A DNA stretch of 64,000 nt. Source: a virus (taxonomy: Duplodnaviria > Caudoviricetes). The notes under the pieces are model-generated. The model searched no databases and had not been told where the DNA came from. It was given only the letters and a program-made list of their open reading frames with translations. The position numbers and the translations under genes are program-made. This document shows, one piece after another, positions 18,187 to 28,155 of the stretch. The DNA is taken from positions 64,001-128,000 of the IMG/VR virus record IMGVR_UViG_3300035510_000286. One strand, given 5' to 3'. Within the stretch, counting starts at the first letter, position 1. Each line of letters opens with the position of its first letter.

Positions 18187-18716
18187 TGAAAGAATTAATT
18201 GAACAAGTAGAAAAATATCTCTTAAAACAAGAGAACACAATAGCTAAAGCTGTTCTTCGATATTTTAAAACAGAAGGAAAAGATGAAGAATTACTTGATG
18301 AATACTACGATTCTTTTGAAAAAGTATTAGCTATGTGTATAAAATATATTACTACAGAATACGAGATTGAAGTCCCTGGTGATATAGCTGTATTTTCAGT
18401 AACCTATGATGATATGGAAACCTTTGAATCTCGAGTGCGGGAGTGGCTGAACTGCGGCGACCGCAATCTAGCTCTATATCATTGTCTTTTGATTCTCGAT
18501 AATGAGTGTTATACTATTGTAAATAGAATTGCTTATAACTTATTTAAGGATATTCCTGATATGTATGGTGAAATTCTTCATGCCGAGGATTGTTGCGGTT
18601 ATTGTGCTGATACGTTTGATGGACCTCCAGTCCCTGTCTCTGAAATAAAAGAAATTCCTCCTTATCATCCTTCATGTCGATGTGTTTATACTTATTTTAG
18701 AAAAGAAATTACTTGA
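18186..18716 (+). CDS. protein with a Mu gpF/SPP1 gp7-like C-terminal motif
   Basis: CCGYC...PPYHPSCRC. Confidence 0.6.
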   Translation: MKELIEQVEKYLLKQENTIAKAVLRYFKTEGKDEELLDEYYDSFEKVLAMCIKYITTEYEIEVPGDIAVFSVTYDDMETFESRVREWLNCGDRNLALYHCLLILDNECYTIVNRIAYNLFKDIPDMYGEILHAEDCCGYCADTFDGPPVPVSEIKEIPPYHPSCRCVYTYFRKEIT

Positions 18717-18755
18717 AATTTTATTATAAAAATTGTATAATGTATATAGAAAGTT
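18713..18755 (+). promoter_or_regulatory. sigmaA-type promoter
   Basis: TTGAAA-17-TATAAT-GTATATAGAAAG. Confidence 0.75.
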
Positions 18756-18808
18756 AAGAGAGATACTTTTCTTGAAAAAAGAAAAGTCAGCAGAAAAGGA
18801 GCTTTTAT

Positions 18809-20281
18809 ATGTTAAATGAATTAAAGGTTGAAGCATCTAAAACTTATACTGAAAATGGCGGCGTGAGTTATTCTACTACTGCAAATCGAGTGTTTGATCT
18901 CTTTAGCCTTGGTGGCGCATATAGAGAGCGTAGTAAAGAAGATACGATTGCACTTTTTGCTTCTGCTTATCGAGAGAATCCTACTTTTGCTTTGAAGTGC
19001 CTGTTTTACTTGCGTGATGTGCGCGGAGGCCAGGGCGAAAGAGCCTTTTTCCGAGTTTGTTTGAAGTGGTTGGCTAATTATGACCCTGATGCAGTTCTGC
19101 GGAATCTTGGATATATCCCTGAATTTGGTAGATGGGATGATTTATTCGAGTTGTTTGATACTCCGGTTGAAGCCGAGGTAATGCAGTTTATTGCAGAACA
19201 ACTTGCAATGGATATTAAGAACGCTCTTAAAGAAAATTCTATTAGCCTTCTTGCTAAATGGCTTCCCAGTGAGAATACTTCTAGTCAGGGAACTCGAAGA
19301 AAGGCTAAGAAGATTCAAGAATATCTTCATATGACTCCCAAGCTGTATCGTAAGACTCTGTCAGAATTGCGGAATTATTCTAACGTTCTTGAGCGTCTTA
19401 TGAGCGACAAGAGATGGGATGAGATTGATTTCTCGGCTGTTCCTTCTAAGGCTGGTTTGAAGTATTCTAAAGCTTTTTTAAAGAATAAGGAAACTTCTGA
19501 GCGATATCAGAAATTTATTCAGTCTAAGAATACTAAAGTCCATGCTGGGACTCTGTATCCTGCTGATGTAGTGCATAAGGTTATGGGTAAGAGCTATTAT
19601 GATATGCACTATACTGGCTTAGAAGATAGAGCAATATATAACAAGTATTGGGAAAATCTTACCGACTATTTTAAGGGCGCAAAATTCAATGGAATTGCTG
19701 TCGTTGATACTTCTGGTAGTATGTACGGACGCCCGATCGAAGTTGCAATCTCGTTAGGTTTGTATTGCGCTGGAAAATGTAATCCTGAGAGTCCTTTCTA
19801 TAACCATTATATTTCTTTTTCTAGTCGGCCTGAACTAGTAGAGATTACTGGGCAAGATTTCTGTAGCCAGGTAATTAACATCTATGATAATATGCTCTGC
19901 GATAACACTAATATTGAAGCTGTATTTAATCTACTGCTCAATACCGCTTTAAAGCACCAGCTCCCGCAGTCTGAGCTTCCTGAGAATATTATCATTATCT
20001 CTGATATGGAATTTGATAGTATGACGAACTATAGAAGCTTAGAGGGTCTTTACTCTGGTATGGAGACTATTAGAAACAAATGGGAAGAATACGGATACAA
20101 GATGCCTAATCTTGTATATTGGAATGTCAATGCTAGACATAACCTTATTCCCGAGGCTCTCAAGAACGGTGTTTCTTTTGTAAGCGGTTACTCCCCAGTT
20201 ATTTTGGATTCTATTCTTACTGGCAAGACTGGTAAAGAACTGATGTTTGAAACTTTAAAGAAGTATGATATGATTCGCTAA
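18809..20281 (+). CDS. DUF2828-type protein, Ro60/TROVE-like helical domain plus vWA domain
   Basis: TENG, FYLRDVRGGQGER, GRWDDL, LAKWLPSE, vWA MIDAS DTSGSM, IISDMEFD. Confidence 0.85.
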   Translation: MLNELKVEASKTYTENGGVSYSTTANRVFDLFSLGGAYRERSKEDTIALFASAYRENPTFALKCLFYLRDVRGGQGERAFFRVCLKWLANYDPDAVLRNLGYIPEFGRWDDLFELFDTPVEAEVMQFIAEQLAMDIKNALKENSISLLAKWLPSENTSSQGTRRKAKKIQEYLHMTPKLYRKTLSELRNYSNVLERLMSDKRWDEIDFSAVPSKAGLKYSKAFLKNKETSERYQKFIQSKNTKVHAGTLYPADVVHKVMGKSYYDMHYTGLEDRAIYNKYWENLTDYFKGAKFNGIAVVDTSGSMYGRPIEVAISLGLYCAGKCNPESPFYNHYISFSSRPELVEITGQDFCSQVINIYDNMLCDNTNIEAVFNLLLNTALKHQLPQSELPENIIIISDMEFDSMTNYRSLEGLYSGMETIRNKWEEYGYKMPNLVYWNVNARHNLIPEALKNGVSFVSGYSPVILDSILTGKTGKELMFETLKKYDMIR

Positions 20282-20296
20282 GGAGGATATTTAAGT

Positions 20297-20596
20297 ATGG
20301 ACGCTAAGATTTATCTCGATTACGCACACAAGATTATCGAATATACCGATTATCTTGACAAGATTAGTGAAGTTCTTTATCCTGTCGATCTTTATTACTC
20401 TCCATTCAACGATATCATTGATCCCGCTTGCGAAATGCTTGCGCGGTTGGTAGATCTTGAGGGGATTGAGCTCGGAGATTGGACGTGCGCTTTTATGAAT
20501 GTTGTTTTTAATAAGGACGAGCTGAGTGATACTAAGCTGCTTAGTCTAACTGACCCAGAGGAAGCTAAGGTTTTGATTGATAGATATTGCCATTAA
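20297..20596 (+). CDS. hypothetical protein
   Basis: ORF with GGAGG RBS, followed by a terminator. Confidence 0.7.
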   Translation: MDAKIYLDYAHKIIEYTDYLDKISEVLYPVDLYYSPFNDIIDPACEMLARLVDLEGIELGDWTCAFMNVVFNKDELSDTKLLSLTDPEEAKVLIDRYCH

Positions 20597-20665
20597 GGGA
20601 GCTACGGCTCCCTTTTATTTTTTATAATAAAAATGTTATAATAAAATAAAAAGGAAATAATAAAT

Positions 20666-21145
20666 ATGTTAGGAATAATTTTAGTAATAATTTCATTAGG
20701 CGTAATTATTGGTATTATTTTTTTCGTTGATGCTTACGAAAAAGGTAAAATAAAATTTATAGAAAAAAGAAAAATAGAAAAACGTTATTATGAATGTTTA
20801 TATGATGGACCAACTATCACATATGAAATATTTAAAGATTTGTATGAAGTAAATCCAGATAGATGGGAACTTCCTCGTGACTTTCAGTGGAGATATAGAG
20901 AAGATAACTTCGAGAGTCATTATGTTAGGATGAGTTTTGAAGACTTTTTAGCTACTAGAAAATTAGTTAAGCATAAAAAAGCACTTGAAACTCAAGCTAA
21001 GAATAATGAAGCAATGGTCGCTATTTATAAATCTGTACAACGCGATATCGAGAGACTGCATGAACAAGCTAAAGAAGAAATTCAAACTAGTGGTGATAAG
21101 ATCGTTGAGATTGCAGAAAGGATTGAGAATAGATGCAAGGAGTAA
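20666..21145 (+). CDS. membrane-anchored hypothetical protein
   Basis: N-terminal TM helix and C-terminal coiled coil. Confidence 0.7.
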   Translation: MLGIILVIISLGVIIGIIFFVDAYEKGKIKFIEKRKIEKRYYECLYDGPTITYEIFKDLYEVNPDRWELPRDFQWRYREDNFESHYVRMSFEDFLATRKLVKHKKALETQAKNNEAMVAIYKSVQRDIERLHEQAKEEIQTSGDKIVEIAERIENRCKE

Positions 21146-21468
21146 CTATTCTAAATGAATTTAGTGTTATCGCTGAACATAACTGGACTGTAGCAACATT
21201 CATAGGATTTATAATTATTATACTTATGATATGTGCGGTTGGAACTATAGCAGTAACTTCCCTTGGAGGTATAGGATATGTATTACTTTTATGTTCTGCA
21301 ATTTTTGGTTTTTTAGGTATTCAAGCTATTGGGTACTTAACTAGTGAGCCAGTATATGAGACTCATTATCAAGTGATGATAGATGATTCAGTTTCTATGA
21401 TTGATTTTTCAAATAGATATGAAGTATTAGAACAACAGGGTAAGATATTTATCGTGAAAGATAAGTAA
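21133..21468 (+). CDS. membrane protein with two TM helices
   Basis: Two hydrophobic stretches. Confidence 0.7.
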   Translation: MQGVTILNEFSVIAEHNWTVATFIGFIIIILMICAVGTIAVTSLGGIGYVLLLCSAIFGFLGIQAIGYLTSEPVYETHYQVMIDDSVSMIDFSNRYEVLEQQGKIFIVKDK

Positions 21469-21528
21469 TTTTATTTTATAGAAAAAATATAGTATTATAT
21501 CTATAGAAAGTTAAAGGAGAAAGAAGAA

Positions 21529-22128
21529 ATGACTTGCATCGTTGGATTTACAGATAAAGAAACTAATCAAGTTTGGATAGGCGGAGATAGCCTAGGTAGT
21601 AATGGTTATACTAAAGACATACAAGCTTTGCCAAAAGTATTTAGGCATGATACGTTTAAAAATGTCATTATGGGAAGCACAGGGTCGTTTCGCCATATGG
21701 ATTTGTTAAAGTATAGTGAAAAACTTTTTCCTGAAATTGATTGGTATAAAGGAAAAGATATTGACCATAAATATATGGTTAAAACTTTTATTCCTAATCT
21801 AATAACTTTATTTCAAGAAAATATTATTGATAAGCCTAGCGAAGAACGAGGTGGAAACTTCCTCCTTGGAGTAGAAGATAAGCTGTTTGAAATTCAAAGT
21901 GATTACTCTGTCTTGCAATCGGATTCTGGATTTGCGGCGGTTGGTTGTGGCGAAAATGCGGCACTGGCAAGTTTAATTACTACGACAAAGCATTTTAAAG
22001 ATAAGCTAACTCCGGTTGAACATATTACTTATGCTCTTGAAGCAGCAGAAGAGCTATGTGAGGGAGTGCAACGTCCTTTTTGTATTTTAAGCACGAATCA
22101 AGAAGTAGAACCAATTATTATTGTCTGA
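21529..22128 (+). CDS. Ntn-hydrolase, HslV/proteasome-beta-like peptidase
   Basis: N-terminal Thr nucleophile M-TCIVG, GGDS, AVGCG. Confidence 0.75.
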   Translation: MTCIVGFTDKETNQVWIGGDSLGSNGYTKDIQALPKVFRHDTFKNVIMGSTGSFRHMDLLKYSEKLFPEIDWYKGKDIDHKYMVKTFIPNLITLFQENIIDKPSEERGGNFLLGVEDKLFEIQSDYSVLQSDSGFAAVGCGENAALASLITTTKHFKDKLTPVEHITYALEAAEELCEGVQRPFCILSTNQEVEPIIIV

Positions 22129-22138
22129 GAAAGGATTG

Positions 22139-22918
22139 ATGGTTATGAAGAATTTTCACTCTGATGAATGGATTATGGCTCGCATGGAGGAAATTTATGC
22201 ACTGTGCGCGGACCGCTGCGTAAAAGAGGATAATATCGTGGGGCTGTTCTATTACGGCTCTGGCAACTATGGACTTGACACTGAGCAGTCCGATGTTGAT
22301 ACTGTCCTTCTTGTAACTCCTACTCTTGACCAGCTTATCAACGGCGAGATGGTTACTTATGAGACTACTACCAATGATACGTGGCATATCGTGGTTAAGG
22401 ACATTAGACTTTGGTATCAGAGTCTTACGAAGCCGAGTATCTCGATTCTTGAAACTTTGTTCACGGATTATAAAATCGTGAATCCTAAGTATAAGGATGA
22501 ATGGGATCTACTTACCGCCGCACGCGAAGATCTTGTAAGACTTCATCCTCTTGCTTTGGCCAATAACATTCGAGGCATGGCCAAGAATGAGCATAAGAGA
22601 ATCCATGATGGAAGAGAAGATTATCCTAAGTGTCTCAGTCATCTGTTCCGACTTGAATACCTTCTGCTGAATTACATGGCTACTAAGAACTATGAGGCTT
22701 CTTTGAAAGAAATTCCTTGGACTCAGGTTAAAGAAGCAAAAGAAGGAAAATGGAGTTTGGAGGAAGCTAAAGCTATGGCAGATATGATTATGCCTACTTT
22801 TGAGCTTTTTAAAAGTTATTTTCCTGTGGAACCTAGTAACCAGAACTTAAGAAAAGATTATCGAGAAGTCGTAAACTACATGGTGCGGAAGTGCGTTAAG
22901 GAGGAAGCTAATGGATAA
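22139..22918 (+). CDS. Pol-beta-superfamily nucleotidyltransferase
   Basis: YGSGNYGLDTEQSDVD (GS...DxD); KCLSHLFRL. Confidence 0.8.
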   Translation: MVMKNFHSDEWIMARMEEIYALCADRCVKEDNIVGLFYYGSGNYGLDTEQSDVDTVLLVTPTLDQLINGEMVTYETTTNDTWHIVVKDIRLWYQSLTKPSISILETLFTDYKIVNPKYKDEWDLLTAAREDLVRLHPLALANNIRGMAKNEHKRIHDGREDYPKCLSHLFRLEYLLLNYMATKNYEASLKEIPWTQVKEAKEGKWSLEEAKAMADMIMPTFELFKSYFPVEPSNQNLRKDYREVVNYMVRKCVKEEANG

Positions 22919-23414
22919 TTATATCTACGTCAATGGGCGAAAGCGTTATCTGAGCGATGAAGAGGCAAATCATCTGGAGAGCGTTTATTTCAAAAATGAG
23001 TTTGATAGACAGTCAGATGGTCTATTTTACTTCATTGATATTGATGGTGAAGTGACTGAGGAAGGAGATTGCAACTCTACCTTTGAGGATAGTCTATATG
23101 CAGTAGGAAATTACTGTACTAATGAAGCTATGATGGTTCAGCAAAGCTATCGAGAAATTCTGCGGAGGCTGCTGTGGCGATACACTATGCAGCATGATGG
23201 AGATAAGATTGAGCTGACGAGAGATGAAGCTGTTTTTATCATTTGTTTTTCTGATAATGAATTTAGTGTTAAGTGCCTCGCGGCAGGAGAGACTGAACAA
23301 GTTCCTTTTCTTTCTATTGTTTTTATTGATAGAGTTACTGCTCTTGGAGCAATAAGAGAAGTTGTGGTGCCTTTTATTAACCAGCATCCCGATTTTGATT
23401 GGAGGGTAATGTAA
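22911..23414 (+). CDS. hypothetical protein
   Basis: 167 aa ORF with GGAGG RBS. Confidence 0.7.
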   Translation: MDNYIYVNGRKRYLSDEEANHLESVYFKNEFDRQSDGLFYFIDIDGEVTEEGDCNSTFEDSLYAVGNYCTNEAMMVQQSYREILRRLLWRYTMQHDGDKIELTRDEAVFIICFSDNEFSVKCLAAGETEQVPFLSIVFIDRVTALGAIREVVVPFINQHPDFDWRVM

Positions 23415-23415
23415 T

Positions 23416-24708
23416 ATGTATTGCGCATACGTGACTACTTTAAAGAATGTGCGGAAGGCTGAGAATAGTGACCGTTTGTATCTCGCTGAATGTTATGGTG
23501 AGGGCGTTATTGTAGGCCCTGATTCTGCTGATGGTGATAAGGTACTTTATCTTCCGCAAGATGGACAGATTGAGCGATGGTTTGGAGATGCCTTTAAGCT
23601 TTTCCGCAAGAATATGGATGGTAGTATCCAAGGTGGATATATCGAGAATAATGGTCATATTAGAGCAATTAAGCTGAGAGGAAACCGCTCGGAAGGTATT
23701 GTTATTCCTATTTCTAAGATTTATAGTGTATTTGGCTATCAGAATTGGAATGATGGACAAGAAGTAACCTCTATCTTTGTGGATGGGAAAGAAAAGCGAT
23801 TCTGTAAAAAGTATATTCCTAAGCAGACTGATGTTTATCATGGGACTAAGAAAACTTCTTATAAGGGTCGCAAGGCCGAAGGTATTATTTATCCTGAGTT
23901 CTCTATGCACTCTGACACTCAGCAGTTGGCTTATAATATGGACGCTTTTAAGCCTGGTGATAAGATTAATATTACTTTGAAGATGCATGGCACTAGCCAG
24001 CGTTCTATGATGACTTATGGCGAGCTTCCTAATAACTGGATCCGCAGATTGTTCCATATGAAGAAAAAGACTAAGCCTGCTTATGTGCTTGGTACTAGAC
24101 GTACTGTCATCCATGAAAATTCTACTGGGTACTATGGAACTGATACTTTTAGATTTCCTCACCATGAAGCGTTGGCGCCTTTTATTGAAGATGGCATGGA
24201 GGTTTTTTACGAGGTAGTAGGTTACTATGGACCTCAAGAAACGCAGACTATTATGCCTATCTGTAATAATGCAAAAATCAATGATAAAAACTTCGTAAAG
24301 CAATACGGAGATACTACTACTTTTAACTATGGTTGTACCCCCGGTCACTCTGCAATGTGGATTTACCGTATTACTTCTGATAATGGACGCAAGGAATGGA
24401 CGCCTGATGAAATTACTGAATGGTGTAATATCCATAACTTTAATCGAGTTCCTGTAGTGGATGATTTTGAGTTTACTACCGCCGAAGACCTGCAGAACCG
24501 CATTAACGCATATTTTGAAGATTTGACTGATCCTATCGGCAAGACTCATATCAAAGAAGGCGTAGTAGTTAGAATTGTAAACCGACCCCGCTTTGAAGCT
24601 TATAAGTCTAAGACTGTAGAATTTAAGATTCTGGAAGGTTTAATTAAGGATAGTGCTAAAGCGCCCGATATGGAAGAAGCACAAGAGTTGGAGGTGAATG
24701 ATAATTAA
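23416..24708 (+). CDS. ATP-dependent RNA ligase (Rnl2/DRB0094-like, N-terminal OB-like domain)
   Basis: IRAIKLRGNRSEG, motif I TLKMHGTS, EGVVVR, AYKSK. Confidence 0.8.
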   Translation: MYCAYVTTLKNVRKAENSDRLYLAECYGEGVIVGPDSADGDKVLYLPQDGQIERWFGDAFKLFRKNMDGSIQGGYIENNGHIRAIKLRGNRSEGIVIPISKIYSVFGYQNWNDGQEVTSIFVDGKEKRFCKKYIPKQTDVYHGTKKTSYKGRKAEGIIYPEFSMHSDTQQLAYNMDAFKPGDKINITLKMHGTSQRSMMTYGELPNNWIRRLFHMKKKTKPAYVLGTRRTVIHENSTGYYGTDTFRFPHHEALAPFIEDGMEVFYEVVGYYGPQETQTIMPICNNAKINDKNFVKQYGDTTTFNYGCTPGHSAMWIYRITSDNGRKEWTPDEITEWCNIHNFNRVPVVDDFEFTTAEDLQNRINAYFEDLTDPIGKTHIKEGVVVRIVNRPRFEAYKSKTVEFKILEGLIKDSAKAPDMEEAQELEVNDN

Positions 24709-25186
24709 AAATATAAATACAGATTATATTCTAATTATTATTGTATGGGCTATGGTATTAGTTGGTGCAGTAATATTATTCGTAAGCGGAGAAAATTTTG
24801 ATTCGGTGCCCGTAGACTTCGCTTTAAATGAAACATCAACTACTAGGTCTTATAACCTTACAGCTACGGCCGCAGAAGAGTTTACAACTTACTCACAGTA
24901 TGCTGCCCCAGCAGAAGGATATGAAGTAGAAAGAATCTATTTCGTATTTGATAATACAAGTGAATCTTCTATTAACATTGGTAGTCTTGATTTCTCTTGC
25001 TATGCAGATGATATAATGTGTGAAAACTGGGTATTCGGAAATGAGGAAGATGCGTTTCCTATAGGAACTGAGTGTAAGTCGGGAGAGACAGTACAGGGAT
25101 GGATTTACTTTACTGTACCTTCTGATTTTCAGAAATGTATTATCGAGTTTTTGAATACTACTAAGTTTGTTATTGGAGGAAATTAA
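24698..25186 (+). CDS. membrane-anchored Ig-like protein (DUF4352-like)
   Basis: TM helix, then DFSCYADD...GETVQGWIYFTVP. Confidence 0.6.
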   Translation: MIIKNINTDYILIIIVWAMVLVGAVILFVSGENFDSVPVDFALNETSTTRSYNLTATAAEEFTTYSQYAAPAEGYEVERIYFVFDNTSESSINIGSLDFSCYADDIMCENWVFGNEEDAFPIGTECKSGETVQGWIYFTVPSDFQKCIIEFLNTTKFVIGGN

Positions 25187-25422
25187 TGGTAGATATCATT
25201 ATTGTTATTATTGCAGTAATTGTTTATCGTTTGATTTATGAAAAATGCAATAATACTTATCTATTTTTTGCTATTTGCTGGAGTATTGTACTTGCGTGTG
25301 ATATTATTGCACTTATAACGGGGATTAAGTGTACTTGGGACTTAGTTATTATGCCTGTTGCGTGTCTTGTTCTTGATAACTTTTATATGTATTTTAGTAT
25401 TAAAAGGGGGATTAAATATTAA
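25186..25422 (+). CDS. small membrane protein
   Basis: Hydrophobic 78 aa ORF, translationally coupled. Confidence 0.65.
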   Translation: MVDIIIVIIAVIVYRLIYEKCNNTYLFFAICWSIVLACDIIALITGIKCTWDLVIMPVACLVLDNFYMYFSIKRGIKY

Positions 25423-25679
25423 TGTATACTTTAATTTCTATTGGAATTTTCGTTATAGGAATTATTATTTATTGTTGTCTTAATCGCTATATTAGAAGCG
25501 GAGAGATAATAATTTTGGTTGGAATTGCAATGTTGGTAGAAATTCTTTGGTTAAAGGCAACAGGGCAAAGTTGTCCTTGGGGGCTCGCTATTTGGCCGCC
25601 AGTATTAGTAATTATTAGTGGTATTTGTTCTTTTCACCAAGAAATTACCGAATCTAAAGATAAAGAATCGAAAGATTAA
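25422..25679 (+). CDS. small membrane protein
   Basis: Hydrophobic 85 aa ORF, translationally coupled. Confidence 0.65.
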   Translation: MYTLISIGIFVIGIIIYCCLNRYIRSGEIIILVGIAMLVEILWLKATGQSCPWGLAIWPPVLVIISGICSFHQEITESKDKESKD

Positions 25680-25769
25680 GATTAAAAGCTCTCTTTAGCT
25701 AGAGAGCTTTTATTTATTTTTAATAAAATTTATATTATAATATCTATAGAAAGTTAAGGAAAGGATTGA

Positions 25770-26144
25770 TTGAAAATGATGAAGATGTGGATTGATGACG
25801 TGCGGCCTGCTCCTAAAGGTTATCGCTGGATTAAGACTGTTAATGAAGCTAAGATGTGTTTCAAAGGAATGGCTCGCTTCGAGGAGTACTACGATGAAAA
25901 TCATCAACTCTGCTGCATTAAGAAATTTAATGTAGAGGTAATTGATATTGACCATGATGCTGGTGATTATGGTTCTCCGGCCGATGGAGGAGATTATATT
26001 GAGTTTCTTAACTGGCTCGAATATAATGCTTATGTCAATGATTGGATTATTCCACCTATCAAAATCCATAGCATGAATCCAGTTGGTGTACAGAAGATGA
26101 AGGCTATTATCAAAGCAAATGGTTGGACTGAAAGGATTGATTGA
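25770..26144 (+). CDS. cyclic-phosphate-processing receiver-like domain protein
   Basis: WIDDVRPAP, IDIDHD, IHSMNPVG. Confidence 0.75.
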   Translation: MKMMKMWIDDVRPAPKGYRWIKTVNEAKMCFKGMARFEEYYDENHQLCCIKKFNVEVIDIDHDAGDYGSPADGGDYIEFLNWLEYNAYVNDWIIPPIKIHSMNPVGVQKMKAIIKANGWTERID

Positions 26145-26145
26145 T

Positions 26146-26622
26146 ATGATTTGTTTTCTTGTTATATTTGGGCTTTTTGCCTTTGGCTTGATTTGCGAAT
26201 CTCGTTCTTACTCTAAGTATCATAAAGTTGACTTAACGGATTATATTTTAGCCGTTGGTTTATCTTTTCTTATCGCTATACCATGTACTCTTCTGGCTTG
26301 CTGTATAACCACTCTTTATGCCGATACAGAGGCTTATGAATGTGAGCGGATTGAATTGGTTGCTTTAAAAGATACGAGTGATAATTTTCTTTCTATCGAG
26401 CAAGTTGATGATGGAACACAGTATACTTTTGCTATGCAAGAACCTGGTAAAGGCATAATTATGAAAACCGTTAGCACTAAAGAATATGATTGTTATATCA
26501 ATTATACTGACGGGCAGCCCTACGTGATAAAAAGCCAATATACTTATACAAATCCTGCTTTTCAAAAAGTGTTCTTTTGTTTTAAGCATGATGAATATAC
26601 GTTCTACGTGTCTAAAGAGTAA
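26146..26622 (+). CDS. membrane protein
   Basis: Two N-terminal TM segments. Confidence 0.65.
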   Translation: MICFLVIFGLFAFGLICESRSYSKYHKVDLTDYILAVGLSFLIAIPCTLLACCITTLYADTEAYECERIELVALKDTSDNFLSIEQVDDGTQYTFAMQEPGKGIIMKTVSTKEYDCYINYTDGQPYVIKSQYTYTNPAFQKVFFCFKHDEYTFYVSKE

Positions 26623-26639
26623 AGAAAGGATTGGTACTT

Positions 26640-27224
26640 ATGAAATATGTAATCTATTTTCCTTCTTCTAAGACTTACTATGCCCAAGACAGTAAAGGAG
26701 CATTAGTATTCGCTACTGGTATTGAGTCTGCTGCCAAGTTTAGTAACGCTAATTATGCAGAAAGAGAGAAAGAAATTCGATTGAATAAGGGAGAATCTTC
26801 TTTTGAAGAAGCGCAGATTATTCCTTACGATTCAAGCCTTCCTCAAACAAAAGAAGAAGTCGCAGATATTGAAGCTAAGTTTGATAACTTGCTTGATACA
26901 GCAAACGCTTTTTCTAAGAGCATTAAAAATCTTAAGTCTTTAAAAACTTATTATACCATGAAGCTAAGTGAATATGATAAGATGCAAGAAGATATCCTTC
27001 ATAAAATCGAATTTGAAGAGATGGTTGGCTTACGAGCTATTTGCTTGATGAAGCAACTGAAAGAAGTCAGAGAAAAGCGAAGAGAAATTAAAGACAAATT
27101 TACTCTTATTACAACGCTTGAAAAAGCTGGAGCTATTAACGTAACTAATCTGATTGATAAATATAACAGCAATCTTGAAACTAGAACTTACTCGCCTAGA
27201 GTATTAAAGGAGTTATTTGAATAA
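26640..27224 (+). CDS. coiled-coil hypothetical protein
   Basis: DILHKIE...RREIKD...TYSPRVLKELF. Confidence 0.7.
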   Translation: MKYVIYFPSSKTYYAQDSKGALVFATGIESAAKFSNANYAEREKEIRLNKGESSFEEAQIIPYDSSLPQTKEEVADIEAKFDNLLDTANAFSKSIKNLKSLKTYYTMKLSEYDKMQEDILHKIEFEEMVGLRAICLMKQLKEVREKRREIKDKFTLITTLEKAGAINVTNLIDKYNSNLETRTYSPRVLKELFE

Positions 27225-27241
27225 TAGAAAGGATTGATAAA

Positions 27242-27880
27242 ATGAGTGTTTATGCAGTATCAGATCTCCATGGCCGATATGATATTTATTTAAAGATTTG
27301 TGAACTTCTTAACCCCGAAGATAAAGTTTGTTTTCTTGGGGACGCCGCAGATAGAGGTCTTGATGGTTGGAAGTTGATTAAAGCTATTTATAATAATCCT
27401 CAATGGATTTATATTAAAGGCAATCACGAACAAATGTTAGAAGATGCAATGAGAGATAATTGCGAACTTCCTTTACTTCAATGGAATGGCGGGGGTATCA
27501 CTTATGCGGAATGGCAGGAAGAAGGCGCCGACGAATCTTGGATTAAAAAACTTGAAAAGCTTCCTCTTAGCATTGAGCATTTTAGCGAAACCGGACATAT
27601 GATTTTGTTAAATCATTCTGGATGTGAGAGTGAAGATCCAGAGGAAGTCCTTTGGGATAGACATAATTTCTTAGAAGAGCCGATTGGCTATGACATTATT
27701 GTACATGGACACACTCCAGTTCAAGAGATGGAAGGATATATTGGTAAGAAGTTAGAAAATCTCGGTCCTATGTGGTATTGCAACGGTCATAAAATTGATA
27801 TTGATATTGCGAGTGCGTATACTGGAAAAGCTGTCTTGTTTAACCTTGATACTTTTGAGTCTCGCGTAGTAGGAGGTTAA
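27242..27880 (+). CDS. calcineurin-like metallophosphoesterase (Ser/Thr phosphatase family)
   Basis: SDLHG, GDAADRG, GNHE, HGHTP. Confidence 0.9.
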   Translation: MSVYAVSDLHGRYDIYLKICELLNPEDKVCFLGDAADRGLDGWKLIKAIYNNPQWIYIKGNHEQMLEDAMRDNCELPLLQWNGGGITYAEWQEEGADESWIKKLEKLPLSIEHFSETGHMILLNHSGCESEDPEEVLWDRHNFLEEPIGYDIIVHGHTPVQEMEGYIGKKLENLGPMWYCNGHKIDIDIASAYTGKAVLFNLDTFESRVVGG

Positions 27881-27888
27881 ACAAAAGA

Positions 27889-28155
27889 ATGAAAATGTGT
27901 GTGCATGATTTATATTGTTTAAATTGCGGGAACCGCAGCTTACCGGTGTATAGAAATCGAGGCAGCTTCCGGGAGAAATTCCATAGAAAAAAATTGTATT
28001 GTCTTAATTGCAAGGCAGCGTGTAATCACGTAGAAATTAAAAATAGTAAAGAACTCTTAGAGTTTAAGAAGAATTTTGAAGCGGGAGAATTTAAAGAAGA
28101 AGCTGCCGCATCTATTTTAGAAGTTGAAAGAGAGGAATCTATTTATGACTTATGA
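27889..28155 (+). CDS. small Zn-ribbon protein
   Basis: CLNC...CLNC. Confidence 0.7.
   Translation: MKMCVHDLYCLNCGNRSLPVYRNRGSFREKFHRKKLYCLNCKAACNHVEIKNSKELLEFKKNFEAGEFKEEAAASILEVEREESIYDL

Noticed and set aside
23440-24549. 369-aa minus-strand ORF
   Set aside because: Antisense shadow of the RNA ligase gene; no recognisable motifs, and explained by sense-strand codon bias.
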